Source: an uncultured Collinsella sp. (GTDB taxonomy: Bacteria; Actinomycetota; Coriobacteriia; Coriobacteriales; Coriobacteriaceae). Taken from it: a stretch of DNA of 56,211 nt. A program made the translations under genes and the position numbers. This document shows positions 27,515 to 36,467 of this stretch, piece after piece. The notes beneath the pieces were generated by a model. That model saw only the letters and a list, made by a program, of their open reading frames with translations, made no database searches and was not told the DNA's origin. The stretch is from assembly GCA_900757235.1 (NCBI GenBank), contig CAAENB010000024.1, positions 1 through 56,211 of the forward strand, in the 5' to 3' direction. Position 1 is the first letter of the stretch, and the number at the start of each line of letters is the position of its first letter.

Positions 27515-28926
27515 TATCCGATCGCTCCTTCCATCTCGAGCTTGATCAGGTTGTTCATCTCGACGGCGTACTCCAGCGGCAGCTCCTTGGAGACCGGGTT
27601 AGCAAAGCCGTTGACGATCATGGTGCGGGCCTCTTCCTCCGAGATGCCGCGGCTCATCAGGTAGAACACCTTGTCGTCGCCGATGCGGCCGATGGTGGCC
27701 TCGTGGCCGATGTCGACGTTCTTGGCGCGGATGTCCATGGCGGGGATGGTGTCGGAGCGGCTCTGGTCATCGAGCATGAGCGACTGGCAGCTCACGGTTG
27801 CCTTGGAACCCTCTGCCTTGGGCGTGGCCACGATAGAGCTGCGGAAGGTCTGAATGCCGCCGCTCTTGGAGATACCTTTGGTCTCGACGGTTGCCGAGGT
27901 ATCGGGCGCGTTGAGCACGACCTTGCAGCCGGTATCCAGGTTCTGGCCGGCGCCGGCAAAGGTGATGCCGGTAAAGCTCGAGCGGGCGCGGCGGCCGTTG
28001 AGCACGCTCATGGGGTAGAGGTAGCCCACGTGGCTGCCGAAGGAGCCGCTGATCCACTCGATATCGCCGTCCTCGTCCACGCGCGCACGCTTGGTGTTGA
28101 GGTTGTACATGTTCTTGGACCAGTTCTCGATGGTCGAGTAGCGCAGATGTGCACGCTTGCCCACAAAGAGCTCGACGGCGCCGGCGTGGAGGTTGGCCAC
28201 GTTGTACTTGGGCGCTGAGCAACCCTCGATAAAGTGCAGGTCGGCATCGTCCTCGACGATGATGAGCGTGTGCTCAAACTGGCCGGCGCCCTTGGCGTTA
28301 AGGCGGAAGTAGCTCTGCAGCGGGAAGTCCAACTTGGTGCCCTTGGGCACGTAGACAAACGAGCCGCCCGACCATACGGCGCCGTGCAAGGCCGCAAACT
28401 TGTGGTCGGTGGGCGGGATGAGCGTCATAAACTTCTCGTGGATGAGCGGTTCCCACTGTGGATCGTGCAGGGCCTCCTCGATGCCGGAATAGACGATACC
28501 CATCTTGGACGCGGTGTCCTGCATGTTGTGGTAGACCAGCTCGGAGTCGTACTGCGCGCCGACGCCCGCCAGGTAGCTGCGCTCGGCCTCGGGGATGCCC
28601 AGGCGCTCAAAGGTGTTCTTGATGTCGTCGGGCACCGACTCCCAGTCGTGCTTTTGGTCGGTGTTGGGCTTGACGTAGGTGACGATGTTGTCCATGTCCA
28701 GGCCCTCGATGGAGGGGCCCCACGTCGGATCGGGGAAGCGGTTGAAGATCTCGAGGGACTTGAGGCGCAGGTCGAGCATCCACTGCGGTTCGTCCTTCTT
28801 GGCGCTGATCTCGCGCACGATGTCGGGCGTGATGCCGGCGTCGAGGCGCTCGAATCCCTCCTCGCCATAGGTGAAGTCGTAGAGGCTGCGGTCGATGTCC
28901 GCGACCTCGGTGCGGTTCTTGGTCAT
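27514..28926 (-). CDS. sufB: Fe-S assembly protein SufB
   Basis: GIPEAER, GQFEHTLI, EGCSAP, FYLMSRG, ELPLEYAVE. Confidence 0.96.
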   Translation of the reverse strand: MTKNRTEVADIDRSLYDFTYGEEGFERLDAGITPDIVREISAKKDEPQWMLDLRLKSLEIFNRFPDPTWGPSIEGLDMDNIVTYVKPNTDQKHDWESVPDDIKNTFERLGIPEAERSYLAGVGAQYDSELVYHNMQDTASKMGIVYSGIEEALHDPQWEPLIHEKFMTLIPPTDHKFAALHGAVWSGGSFVYVPKGTKLDFPLQSYFRLNAKGAGQFEHTLIIVEDDADLHFIEGCSAPKYNVANLHAGAVELFVGKRAHLRYSTIENWSKNMYNLNTKRARVDEDGDIEWISGSFGSHVGYLYPMSVLNGRRARSSFTGITFAGAGQNLDTGCKVVLNAPDTSATVETKGISKSGGIQTFRSSIVATPKAEGSKATVSCQSLMLDDQSRSDTIPAMDIRAKNVDIGHEATIGRIGDDKVFYLMSRGISEEEARTMIVNGFANPVSKELPLEYAVEMNNLIKLEMEGAIG

Positions 28927-28938
28927 TACGTCGCCCCT

Positions 28939-29739
28939 TTACGCCTGCTGCTCGGCAGCGGCGGCCTCGGCCTGGGCGCGCTGCTCGGCGGCCTCGCGCT
29001 CGAAGGTCTCAAAGCCGTTCTTGTCGATCCAGGGGATGAGCGAGGCGTCGTCCTCGCGCACGATATGACCCTTGACCATAACGTGGACGCGGTCGACATC
29101 CAAGTGCTCCAGGATGCGCGTGTTGTGCGTGATGATGAGCATGGAGCCGTCGCAGCTCTTGCGGTAGGCGTCCATGCCGTGGCTGACGGTGGAAAGCGCG
29201 TCGACGTCCAGGCCTGAGTCGGTCTCGTCCAGAATGGCGAGCTTGGGCTGCAGCAGCAGAAGCTGGAGCATCTCGACCTTCTTCTTCTCGCCGCCCGAGA
29301 AGCCCACGCCCAGCTCACGGTTGAGGTAGGCGGTATCCATGTTAAGCTCGGCCGCGAGCTCCTTGACGCGACGACGGAATTCCTTGCCCTTCATCTCCAG
29401 ACCGGGGCGGCCGGCGATGCTGGCGCGCAAAAAGCTCGACAGCGGCACGCCCGGGATCTCGACCGGGGCCTGAAAGCTCAGGAACAGGCCGGCACGCGAG
29501 CGCTTGTCGGTGGTGAGCTCGGTGATGTCCTGGCCGTCAAAGATGATGCGGCCGTCGTTGACGGTGTAGACGGGGTCGCCCATGACCAGGTGACCAAGGG
29601 TGGACTTACCCGCGCCGTTGGGGCCCATCAGCACGTGGGTCTCGCCGGCGGCGACTTGCAGGTTGACGTTGTGGAGGATGGTCTTCTCGTCCACGGAGGC
29701 AGTCAGACCTTCGATGGAAAGCAGCGGATTTGTGCTCAT
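28939..29739 (-). CDS. sufC: Fe-S assembly ATPase SufC
   Basis: MGPNGAGKST, GFSGGEKK, LDETDSGLDVD. Confidence 0.96.
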   Translation of the reverse strand: MSTNPLLSIEGLTASVDEKTILHNVNLQVAAGETHVLMGPNGAGKSTLGHLVMGDPVYTVNDGRIIFDGQDITELTTDKRSRAGLFLSFQAPVEIPGVPLSSFLRASIAGRPGLEMKGKEFRRRVKELAAELNMDTAYLNRELGVGFSGGEKKKVEMLQLLLLQPKLAILDETDSGLDVDALSTVSHGMDAYRKSCDGSMLIITHNTRILEHLDVDRVHVMVKGHIVREDDASLIPWIDKNGFETFEREAAEQRAQAEAAAAEQQA

Positions 29740-29779
29740 GCTGTCCCTCTCTGTATATGGTGTACTCATAGGTGTACTA

Positions 29780-29861
29780 AACCCTAGGAATCTTCTCGGA
29801 ATAAAGTTACTATGGGTTCGGCGTTAGTCAAGGGAAAACCCGACTAATCCACTCGACTTTT
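29780..29861. promoter_or_regulatory. suf promoter region with two putative IscR/Rrf2 operators
   Basis: AACCCTA-N9-TCGGAAT and AACCCGA-N9-TCGACTT resemble IscR type-1 sites; minus-strand TTGACT-N16-TAACTT lies between them. Confidence 0.6.
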
Positions 29862-29866
29862 CAAAT

Positions 29867-29945
29867 TCTGGGACAAAATAACCTGTTGTGTTTGTCCCAC
29901 TTACTTAAGATTTGGGACAAACAAACCTGGTTATCTTGTCCCAGA
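29867..29945. repeat. REP family B doublet (79-bp nested palindrome, REPIN-like)
   Basis: Outer arms TCTGGGACAAAATAACC / GGTTATCTTGTCCCAGA; inner arms TGTTTGTCCCA / TGGGACAAACA around CTTACTTAAGATT. Confidence 0.8.
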
Positions 29946-29963
29946 TGCGATGGGAGGGTAGGT

Positions 29964-30395
29964 ATGCTCATTTCTTCCAAGGGCCGCTATGCCCTCCGGC
30001 TGATGATCTATATCGCAGCGCTTGGTGACGCCGAGGGCAAGATCGCCCTGCGCGAGGTCGCCGACCGCGAGCGTATCTCGCAAAAGTATTTGGAGCAGCT
30101 GGTTCGTCCGCTTATGAAAGCGGGCCTACTTAAGAGCGTGCGCGGCAAGGGCGGCGGCTACATGATGGCCAAGGACCCGGCCGAGGTGCGTGCCGGCGAC
30201 ATCCTGCGCGCCGTCGAGGGCAGCACGGCTCCGGTGGCGTGCGATGGCATCGACAACAGCTGCGCCCGCAGCGATCTCTGCTCGACCGTCAAATTCTGGC
30301 GCGGTCTGGACGACGTGATCGAAAAGTACGTCGACGGCGTGTCGTTGGCTGACCTTGCTGCCGTCCCCGAGATTGACTTTGACATTAAGCTGTAG
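29964..30395 (+). CDS. Rrf2 family regulator, IscR-like (three Cys)
   Basis: SKGRYALR, ISQKYLEQL, S.RG.GGGY, C-X6-C-X5-C; divergent from suf. Confidence 0.9.
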   Translation: MLISSKGRYALRLMIYIAALGDAEGKIALREVADRERISQKYLEQLVRPLMKAGLLKSVRGKGGGYMMAKDPAEVRAGDILRAVEGSTAPVACDGIDNSCARSDLCSTVKFWRGLDDVIEKYVDGVSLADLAAVPEIDFDIKL

Positions 30396-30403
30396 GGCTG
30401 CAG

Positions 30404-30691
30404 ATGGTATCTCTCGACAAGGTGTACAAGCAAATTGAGATTTTTGCTCGGGAATGTGACGCCGAGAGGGTTGTGCTGTTTGGTTCTCGTGCCCGCGGTG
30501 ACAACTTGCCTAAGAGCGATATTGATATTGCTGTAGCAGGTTGCCGGGATTTCGACCGTTTCTCATATCTGATAGAGGAGCGTCTTGATACTCTTTTAGA
30601 TATAGACGTCGTCAATCTGGATGAGTCCTTATCGCAGCAATTGCTCGATGAAATTGCCAGGGATGGTGTGATTCTGTATGAAAAAATATGA
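30404..30691 (+). CDS. Minimal nucleotidyltransferase (MNT) antitoxin
   Basis: LFGSRARGD...SDIDIAV, 95 aa, overlaps the downstream HEPN gene. Confidence 0.88.
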   Translation: MVSLDKVYKQIEIFARECDAERVVLFGSRARGDNLPKSDIDIAVAGCRDFDRFSYLIEERLDTLLDIDVVNLDESLSQQLLDEIARDGVILYEKI

Positions 30692-31097
30692 GAACTTTGC
30701 CAGCGCCTTGGCGAATCTTGAGGATGCACCCAATCAGGATCTTAGCAATGATTTTGTTCAGAGTGGATTGATTAATAAGTTCAACCTTCAGTTTGAACTG
30801 AGCTGGAAGCTCCTTAAACGTCTGCTCGAGTATGAGGGCGCCACGCTTGCTGCATCGGGGTCTCCTCGTGCCATCTTGAAGGAAGCCTACCGATTCTACG
30901 ACTTTATTGATGAGGCGGCATGGCTAGATATGCTCAGAGACCGCAATACGAACGTCCATATCTATGACAACAAGCTCGCTCAAGATTTGATTCAGCGTAT
31001 CTTAAACGTCTATATCCCCGCTTTCTGTCGGTTGAGAGACGGGCTGATGGGACGCTACGGCGATCTTCTTCTGGTGCCCGACGACCAGTTTGTTTAA
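30678..31097 (+). CDS. HEPN (HI0074-like) RNase toxin
   Basis: FELSWK, SPR.IL, RNTNVHIY (R-X4-H-X-Y). Confidence 0.85.
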   Translation: MKKYENFASALANLEDAPNQDLSNDFVQSGLINKFNLQFELSWKLLKRLLEYEGATLAASGSPRAILKEAYRFYDFIDEAAWLDMLRDRNTNVHIYDNKLAQDLIQRILNVYIPAFCRLRDGLMGRYGDLLLVPDDQFV

Positions 31098-31234
31098 TTC
31101 CTTTAGATTTCGCGGATTTCGCGGAGGGTTGTTGCCGTTTACCGAGGGGTTGTTGTGCAACAACGGGTGAGCTGCAATACTTAATTCTATCTTTGCAAAC
31201 TGCACTTTAACTACACCAATGCAGGGAGGATCTT

Positions 31235-33043
31235 ATGCAGCCCAAGCATTCTGCTATTGTCGCGGGCCTGACGCTGGCGCTTTCGTTTGGCGCCGTTTCC
31301 GCGCCGGCACCCGCCGCTGCCGAGGAGCCCACGCCGGGCGTTGCCTCGAATGCGACCGATATCGATAAGGGTCTCTATACCCAGCAGTCCTTTTCGGGCG
31401 TGCTGAGGTCGGTCCAGGGCGTTTCGTTTGTTAACGTGACTCCCGAGATGAAGTACTTCACCAAATATGAGAGTCACGGCAACTATAACCAGGGCTTTTC
31501 GTACGGTGACGGTTATAACGCGCTGGGTTATTACCAGTTCGACCGTCGTTGGTCGCTCATTCCGTTTATGAAGCAGGCCTACAGCTACAACCCCGAAAAA
31601 TACAGCATGCTCAAGGATGCGATTGATCGCGGCAGCGAGATTTCCAACATGAGCAATGCCATGTACGAGAACGGCCAGCTCACCGAGTTGGGCCGTATTG
31701 CGCAGGAGGCCTTCCAGGGCGCTTATAACATCGATCCTGTTGAGTTCTCAGCTCTTCAAGATGCCTATGCGTACAACTCGTACTATGCGGTGACCGAGGC
31801 GTGGCTCAAGAGTGGCCTGGGCATTGATATTTCGGGCCGTGCCGATTGCGTTAAGGGCATGGTGTGGAGCATCACCAACATGTGCGGCACCGGTGGCTGC
31901 AGGGACTTCTTCCGTTGGGCGAATCTCTCCAACGATATGTCCGACCGCGAGCTTGTGACGGCGCTTTCCAACAGTGTGGTCAATAACGTGGCGACCAAGT
32001 ATTCGAGCCAGCCCCAGTATCATGAGGGCTGGAAGAACCGCTACCGCAATGAGCTGAAGGACTGCTTGGTTTATATCGCCGAGGACGAGGCCGCTGCGAC
32101 GCCCGTGCAGCCCGAACCTACGCCGGCGCCCTCGCCGACGCCTGATTCGAATGACGACTCGAGCGACGATGCCAACGATGACAGGATGGATGCGCCCTCG
32201 ACCGGTGCTGACGGTGATGGCTCTGCTGGTGGCACTACCAACAACGGCTCTACCTCGAACGGTTCCGATTCAAACGGCTCTGCTGCGGGCGATTCGTCTT
32301 CAAGCTCTGCCGGCAATACGGACAGCGACGCTTCTGGTTCGACCGGCGCTGGCACCTCTAACTCATCCACCGGCTCGAGCGATTCGTCCGTTGGCACCGG
32401 CTCTAACAACGGCTCCGGCTCTGACGCAACCCCTGGTTCCGATGCTTCCAAGGATGACTCGAATAAGGCGCCGGACGTTCCCGTTGCTTCGCCGGACAAG
32501 AAGCCTTCTTTCTCCGAGCAGCTTGGCTCTACGCTGGGCTCTTCGCTGATGGCTGGCGTCAATAACGGCTCGACCCAGAACAAGGGCAACTCTGATCAGG
32601 TTTCCACGGAAAAGATCGAAGCCGCAAAGGGCGACTCCAAGGACAAGGCTTCCGAGAAGACCGAATCCGATAAGGGTTCTAGCTCTGAGGAGAAGAGCGA
32701 CAAGTCCGAACAGAAGAAGGACGAGGATAAGAAGTCTGAATCTGAGGAGAAGGACAAGAGCAAGGCCGAGGGCGAAAAGAAACAGTCCGAAGACGACGAC
32801 AAGAGCGGTGCTGACAACCAGGTCCAAGAGCAAAATGACTCCAAAACGGTGACCACCACGACCACGACGACTACAACTACCAAGTCCTCGGGCGGCAACA
32901 TGCCCAAGACGGGCGATCTGATTGTGATGGCGAGCCTTGCCAGCGCGAGCTTGGCCACACTGGGCGCTACGTCTATCGTAAGTGGTAAGCATAAGCTCGA
33001 TCAGCAGAAGAAGGCTTCTGGGGAGGACGGCTCGGAGGAGTAA
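31235..33043 (+). CDS. Sortase-anchored surface protein with a lysozyme-like N-terminal domain and Ser/Gly/Asp- and Lys/Glu-rich stalk
   Basis: Signal peptide; KYESHG..GDG....GYYQF lysozyme-like pattern; MPKTG followed by a hydrophobic segment and charged tail. Confidence 0.75.
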   Translation: MQPKHSAIVAGLTLALSFGAVSAPAPAAAEEPTPGVASNATDIDKGLYTQQSFSGVLRSVQGVSFVNVTPEMKYFTKYESHGNYNQGFSYGDGYNALGYYQFDRRWSLIPFMKQAYSYNPEKYSMLKDAIDRGSEISNMSNAMYENGQLTELGRIAQEAFQGAYNIDPVEFSALQDAYAYNSYYAVTEAWLKSGLGIDISGRADCVKGMVWSITNMCGTGGCRDFFRWANLSNDMSDRELVTALSNSVVNNVATKYSSQPQYHEGWKNRYRNELKDCLVYIAEDEAAATPVQPEPTPAPSPTPDSNDDSSDDANDDRMDAPSTGADGDGSAGGTTNNGSTSNGSDSNGSAAGDSSSSSAGNTDSDASGSTGAGTSNSSTGSSDSSVGTGSNNGSGSDATPGSDASKDDSNKAPDVPVASPDKKPSFSEQLGSTLGSSLMAGVNNGSTQNKGNSDQVSTEKIEAAKGDSKDKASEKTESDKGSSSEEKSDKSEQKKDEDKKSESEEKDKSKAEGEKKQSEDDDKSGADNQVQEQNDSKTVTTTTTTTTTTKSSGGNMPKTGDLIVMASLASASLATLGATSIVSGKHKLDQQKKASGEDGSEE

Positions 33044-33075
33044 TCTTCTAGATCGTTTTCTATAAGAGTTTGGGA

Positions 33076-33111
33076 CGGGGTCCGGTGCGGCGGCATCGGG
33101 CCCCGTTTTTG
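33076..33111 (+). terminator. Intrinsic terminator after the surface-protein gene
   Basis: CGGGGTCCGGTGC-GGCG-GCATCGGGCCCCG-TTTTT. Confidence 0.7.
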
Positions 33112-33243
33112 TTGTGCAACGATTTGTTATGCCCCCTCGGGGGTCTGCTGCTACCGTTGCCCGAAACGTTTGCATGTCGATATTGTTGCGCTCTACCCGC
33201 TCGCTACAATGGGCATCGTGCTGCGTTAGAAGGAGAGTTTACG

Positions 33244-35043
33244 GTGTCTGAACAGGCGAATTATGGTGTTGCTCATGCGTTTGGCGCACGGTTGCTCAGT
33301 TATGCGGATAACGCAGCTCTGCCGGTTGATGTACACGACTTTTCCGATGCAATCAATCGGTGTTTACTCGTCGATAAGACTATGTTTATTGCCGATATAT
33401 TGGACAGCGAAGCACCTGTTGCGGTTTGCTGTCGGCCCAAGGGTTTTGGCAAGAGCATGAATCTATCGATGCTCAAATGCTATTTGGAACGACCTGATCA
33501 CCGGCGGCCGGATCGAAGCCCGTTCGTCGGCTCCCAGATTTGGCAGGCGGGCGGCGGTCACTATCGTGATGAGTACGCGTGTTATCCGATCATCACGCTC
33601 GACTTTTCAGCTGCCGCTGCGGGGCGCGACGCCGATGCTGCGGCGGCTATTCGCAGCGCTGTCGCGAACGAGTGCGCCCGATTGCTGCCGCTGCTTGCCG
33701 CACCTGATCTGTCAAGACGTGAAGTCCGTCTTATCGAGAGGGCGGCGCGTGGGGTGGCCAGCGATAAGGAGATCGATGCGGCGCTTGGCGTGCTTATCAA
33801 GCTGCTCCAGGCAGCTTTCGATGAGCAGGTTGTTCTTCTGATAGACGACTACGACGCGGTATGTCCAAAGCGTTTGGACGCTAAGGACGACGGTAGCGTG
33901 GATTCCCTAGAGTCGCTCAGCCGAATGTTGTTCGACACCATTGCCGATGCCGGCGACTCGTTGCGATTGACGTGTCTGATGGGCGAGCGCCCCGGTCATG
34001 CCGAGTTTGCGTTGTCCCAACGTGGGGTTTCCTATCGGTCGGCGACAGCGTTGTCGAGTTGGTGTGATCGATGGTTCGGTTTTTCGGACGACGAAGTCCA
34101 AGTGCTGTTGGATTGCATCGGTCGCAACGGCTGTCTGGATGACGCGCGTGAGTGGCTCGAGGGCTATCTGTTTGGTGGTTTTTATTGCTCGAGCCCGGAG
34201 CGCGTGGTGGACTACGCACAGCGCGATTGCGTCGCGCCCGTTCGGGCGGATCTGTATGGTTACGCCGACCGTCTGAGCGCATGCGTCGGTGACTGGAATC
34301 TCATGCGCCTGTCCGCATTGTTCGATTTGGTTGAGCCGCATGGGTTTATTGAGGCGCCAGTGCATGTGCATGCCGAGGAGGTCGATGCCGCCAAGCCCGA
34401 AGATATCTGGACTGCGCTGTATCTGTCTGGATTTCTTACGACGGACATGACAGGGCATTCGGAGGACGGCGCGTGCCTTCGTTCCCTGCGCCTGCCTAAC
34501 AACGAAGTGCGTCAGGCGCTCCGTCTTGTAATTCTGGAATGGTTTGAGTGCGCCGTTGAGGACGTTGGAGTTATCGACTCGTTCCATGACGGGTTGTGTC
34601 GAGGAGACGAGGACGCTGTAAAGCAAGCTTTGAGCTGTGCTATCGGCGATCTGGGCATCGATGTGGACAAATCAGATATGCCGACAGCCTATCATCTGGC
34701 GCTGCAGGGGCTTTGCTTTGGACTGTCCGGCTATTGCAATCCCAGCTCCAAGCGAAGTGGCGTCTCGGATCGCTGGGATATCCAGGTGATTCCCACCGGT
34801 CGGGTGTTTGACGTGGCCGACACGCTCGGCATGCTCGATGAGCGACCGCTCATTACGATCAACATGTTGTATGACCCTGGCGTCGATGCCCTGGGCCTGG
34901 AACTGTTAGCGGTTCAGGCGCTGCTCGACATAGAGCGCGACGGCATCGATGATATCCGCGTGCCGCGCCCCGCCGTCGGGCGCATGCGTTGGGGCTTTGG
35001 TTTTGACGGTCAGCGTGTGTCCGTGGTGTGCCAACGACTGTAG
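33244..35043 (+). CDS. Divergent AAA-ATPase-like / PD-(D/E)XK_9 family protein
   Basis: VDKTMFI, RPKGFGKS, LLIDDYD, FGFSDDEV, LYLSGFLT, LRLPNNEVR, RWGFGFDG; AAGGAG RBS before GTG. Confidence 0.75.
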   Translation: MSEQANYGVAHAFGARLLSYADNAALPVDVHDFSDAINRCLLVDKTMFIADILDSEAPVAVCCRPKGFGKSMNLSMLKCYLERPDHRRPDRSPFVGSQIWQAGGGHYRDEYACYPIITLDFSAAAAGRDADAAAAIRSAVANECARLLPLLAAPDLSRREVRLIERAARGVASDKEIDAALGVLIKLLQAAFDEQVVLLIDDYDAVCPKRLDAKDDGSVDSLESLSRMLFDTIADAGDSLRLTCLMGERPGHAEFALSQRGVSYRSATALSSWCDRWFGFSDDEVQVLLDCIGRNGCLDDAREWLEGYLFGGFYCSSPERVVDYAQRDCVAPVRADLYGYADRLSACVGDWNLMRLSALFDLVEPHGFIEAPVHVHAEEVDAAKPEDIWTALYLSGFLTTDMTGHSEDGACLRSLRLPNNEVRQALRLVILEWFECAVEDVGVIDSFHDGLCRGDEDAVKQALSCAIGDLGIDVDKSDMPTAYHLALQGLCFGLSGYCNPSSKRSGVSDRWDIQVIPTGRVFDVADTLGMLDERPLITINMLYDPGVDALGLELLAVQALLDIERDGIDDIRVPRPAVGRMRWGFGFDGQRVSVVCQRL

Positions 35044-35060
35044 CGGCGGGCGAAAGCCCT

Positions 35061-36083
35061 TTACTGTTCTGCGTCCTTCATGGGCGGCATGGGCTTCCAG
35101 TTGGGGTCCTTGACGATCTTGCGGGCGTCCTTCATGCCGCGGCGCAGCGCCGGAATGCCGGTCTTAAAGCATTTGTCGACTGCTGCCAGACGAATGAACT
35201 CCTTGCAGAAGGTCGCGGCATTGCCCAAACGGAACAGCACGGGGTGGTAGTCGCCGTAGATCTGCATGTAGCGTGCCAGATAACCGCGGTTGCGCATGAT
35301 GTAGTAGCGGTTGGTGTCGCTCGTGGAGTTGAGCTGTCGTTTGCCGGCGATGTCCCAGTTAGAGACGGCGCGGGCGCGCTTGAGCACCACGTCGGCAACA
35401 ACGGCGGCGGGGAAGTGTTGGCTGGCTACGTAACCGTAGCAGGCATCGTCGCCGTAGATAAAGAAGCGCGCATCGGGCAGGCCGATCTTGTCGACCACGC
35501 GGCGCGAGAACATGCCGCCCTCAAAGCACAGCTGGTTCATGGCGCGGTAGCCCTCGGGTCCCAGGTCCCACTTGGCGACAGGGTTGGGAATGCCGAGCGA
35601 AAGGATGAGCTGGTACTGCCAAAAGAAGGCGCCGCCGTCAAAGTCCAAGCGCGAACCCTGGATAACATCGTAGCGGTCGGTCCACTTGGCCAAGCGCTCG
35701 ATGCCTTCGGGGATGACGAGCACGTCGTCATCCATCACCCAGAACCACTGGGCGCCTAGGTCGTAGGCGCATTTAGTGCCGGCGGAGAAGCCGCCCGCAC
35801 CGCCGCCGTTTTCGAGCTGCGGGGCGTAGATGACACGGTCGGTGCCGCCCTGCGCGTCGGGCTGCTCGGTGTCGATGCCCCACAGGTTGGCCAGGCGCTC
35901 GTTGAATGCGGTGCACATGGCCTCGGTCTCGCGCGAATTCTCGTTATCGACAATCACGATGCGCCAGGGCGTTGCCGTGAGCTCGGTCATAGAGTCGAAC
36001 AAGTTGGCCAGGAGTTCCTGGCGCTTGTACGTAACGACGACAATGGCGAGCTTATCGATGGGAGCGGGAGGGGTTGAAGGCAT
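35061..36083 (-). CDS. GT2 glycosyltransferase (galactofuranosyltransferase GlfT1-like)
   Basis: VVVTYKR, N.GGAGGF, WVMDDD, GLPDARFFIYGDD, YYIMRN. Confidence 0.85.
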   Translation of the reverse strand: MPSTPPAPIDKLAIVVVTYKRQELLANLFDSMTELTATPWRIVIVDNENSRETEAMCTAFNERLANLWGIDTEQPDAQGGTDRVIYAPQLENGGGAGGFSAGTKCAYDLGAQWFWVMDDDVLVIPEGIERLAKWTDRYDVIQGSRLDFDGGAFFWQYQLILSLGIPNPVAKWDLGPEGYRAMNQLCFEGGMFSRRVVDKIGLPDARFFIYGDDACYGYVASQHFPAAVVADVVLKRARAVSNWDIAGKRQLNSTSDTNRYYIMRNRGYLARYMQIYGDYHPVLFRLGNAATFCKEFIRLAAVDKCFKTGIPALRRGMKDARKIVKDPNWKPMPPMKDAEQ

Positions 36084-36467
36084 GAGGCAATATATCCTTT
36101 CACGCGCGGCGGGCGAGTGCTGCGCGGAAGCTATCGAATACGTCCTTGAGACTGTCCTATTGTAAAGGCTCGGCGCACTTTGACGGCAAGCTTTGAATAA
36201 AACGCAGGAACCTGCCATGGGCGAGGTGACTGCTATACGTGACTGCTATACGTAACATTGATGTGCTGATTACTGCTTGAGAGCACGAGCGTTTCAGCGA
36301 CCGCGATTAAGCGCAAGGCTTCGATGGGCATGCTGCGTGCGGCTTTGGGCTGCATGACGTCCTTTCTTATCGGTTTGTCTCTGCGAGCTCCATAGATTAT
36401 ATAAACGCCCGCTGGCGCGCTGACCCTTTGATACCATGAAACGACAGGTATTTCCTAAGGAGCACAT

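Noticed and set aside
32100..32890. Ser/Gly/Asp, Lys/Glu and poly-Thr tracts as a DNA repeat array
   Set aside because: Protein-level low complexity with varied codons, typical of surface stalks.
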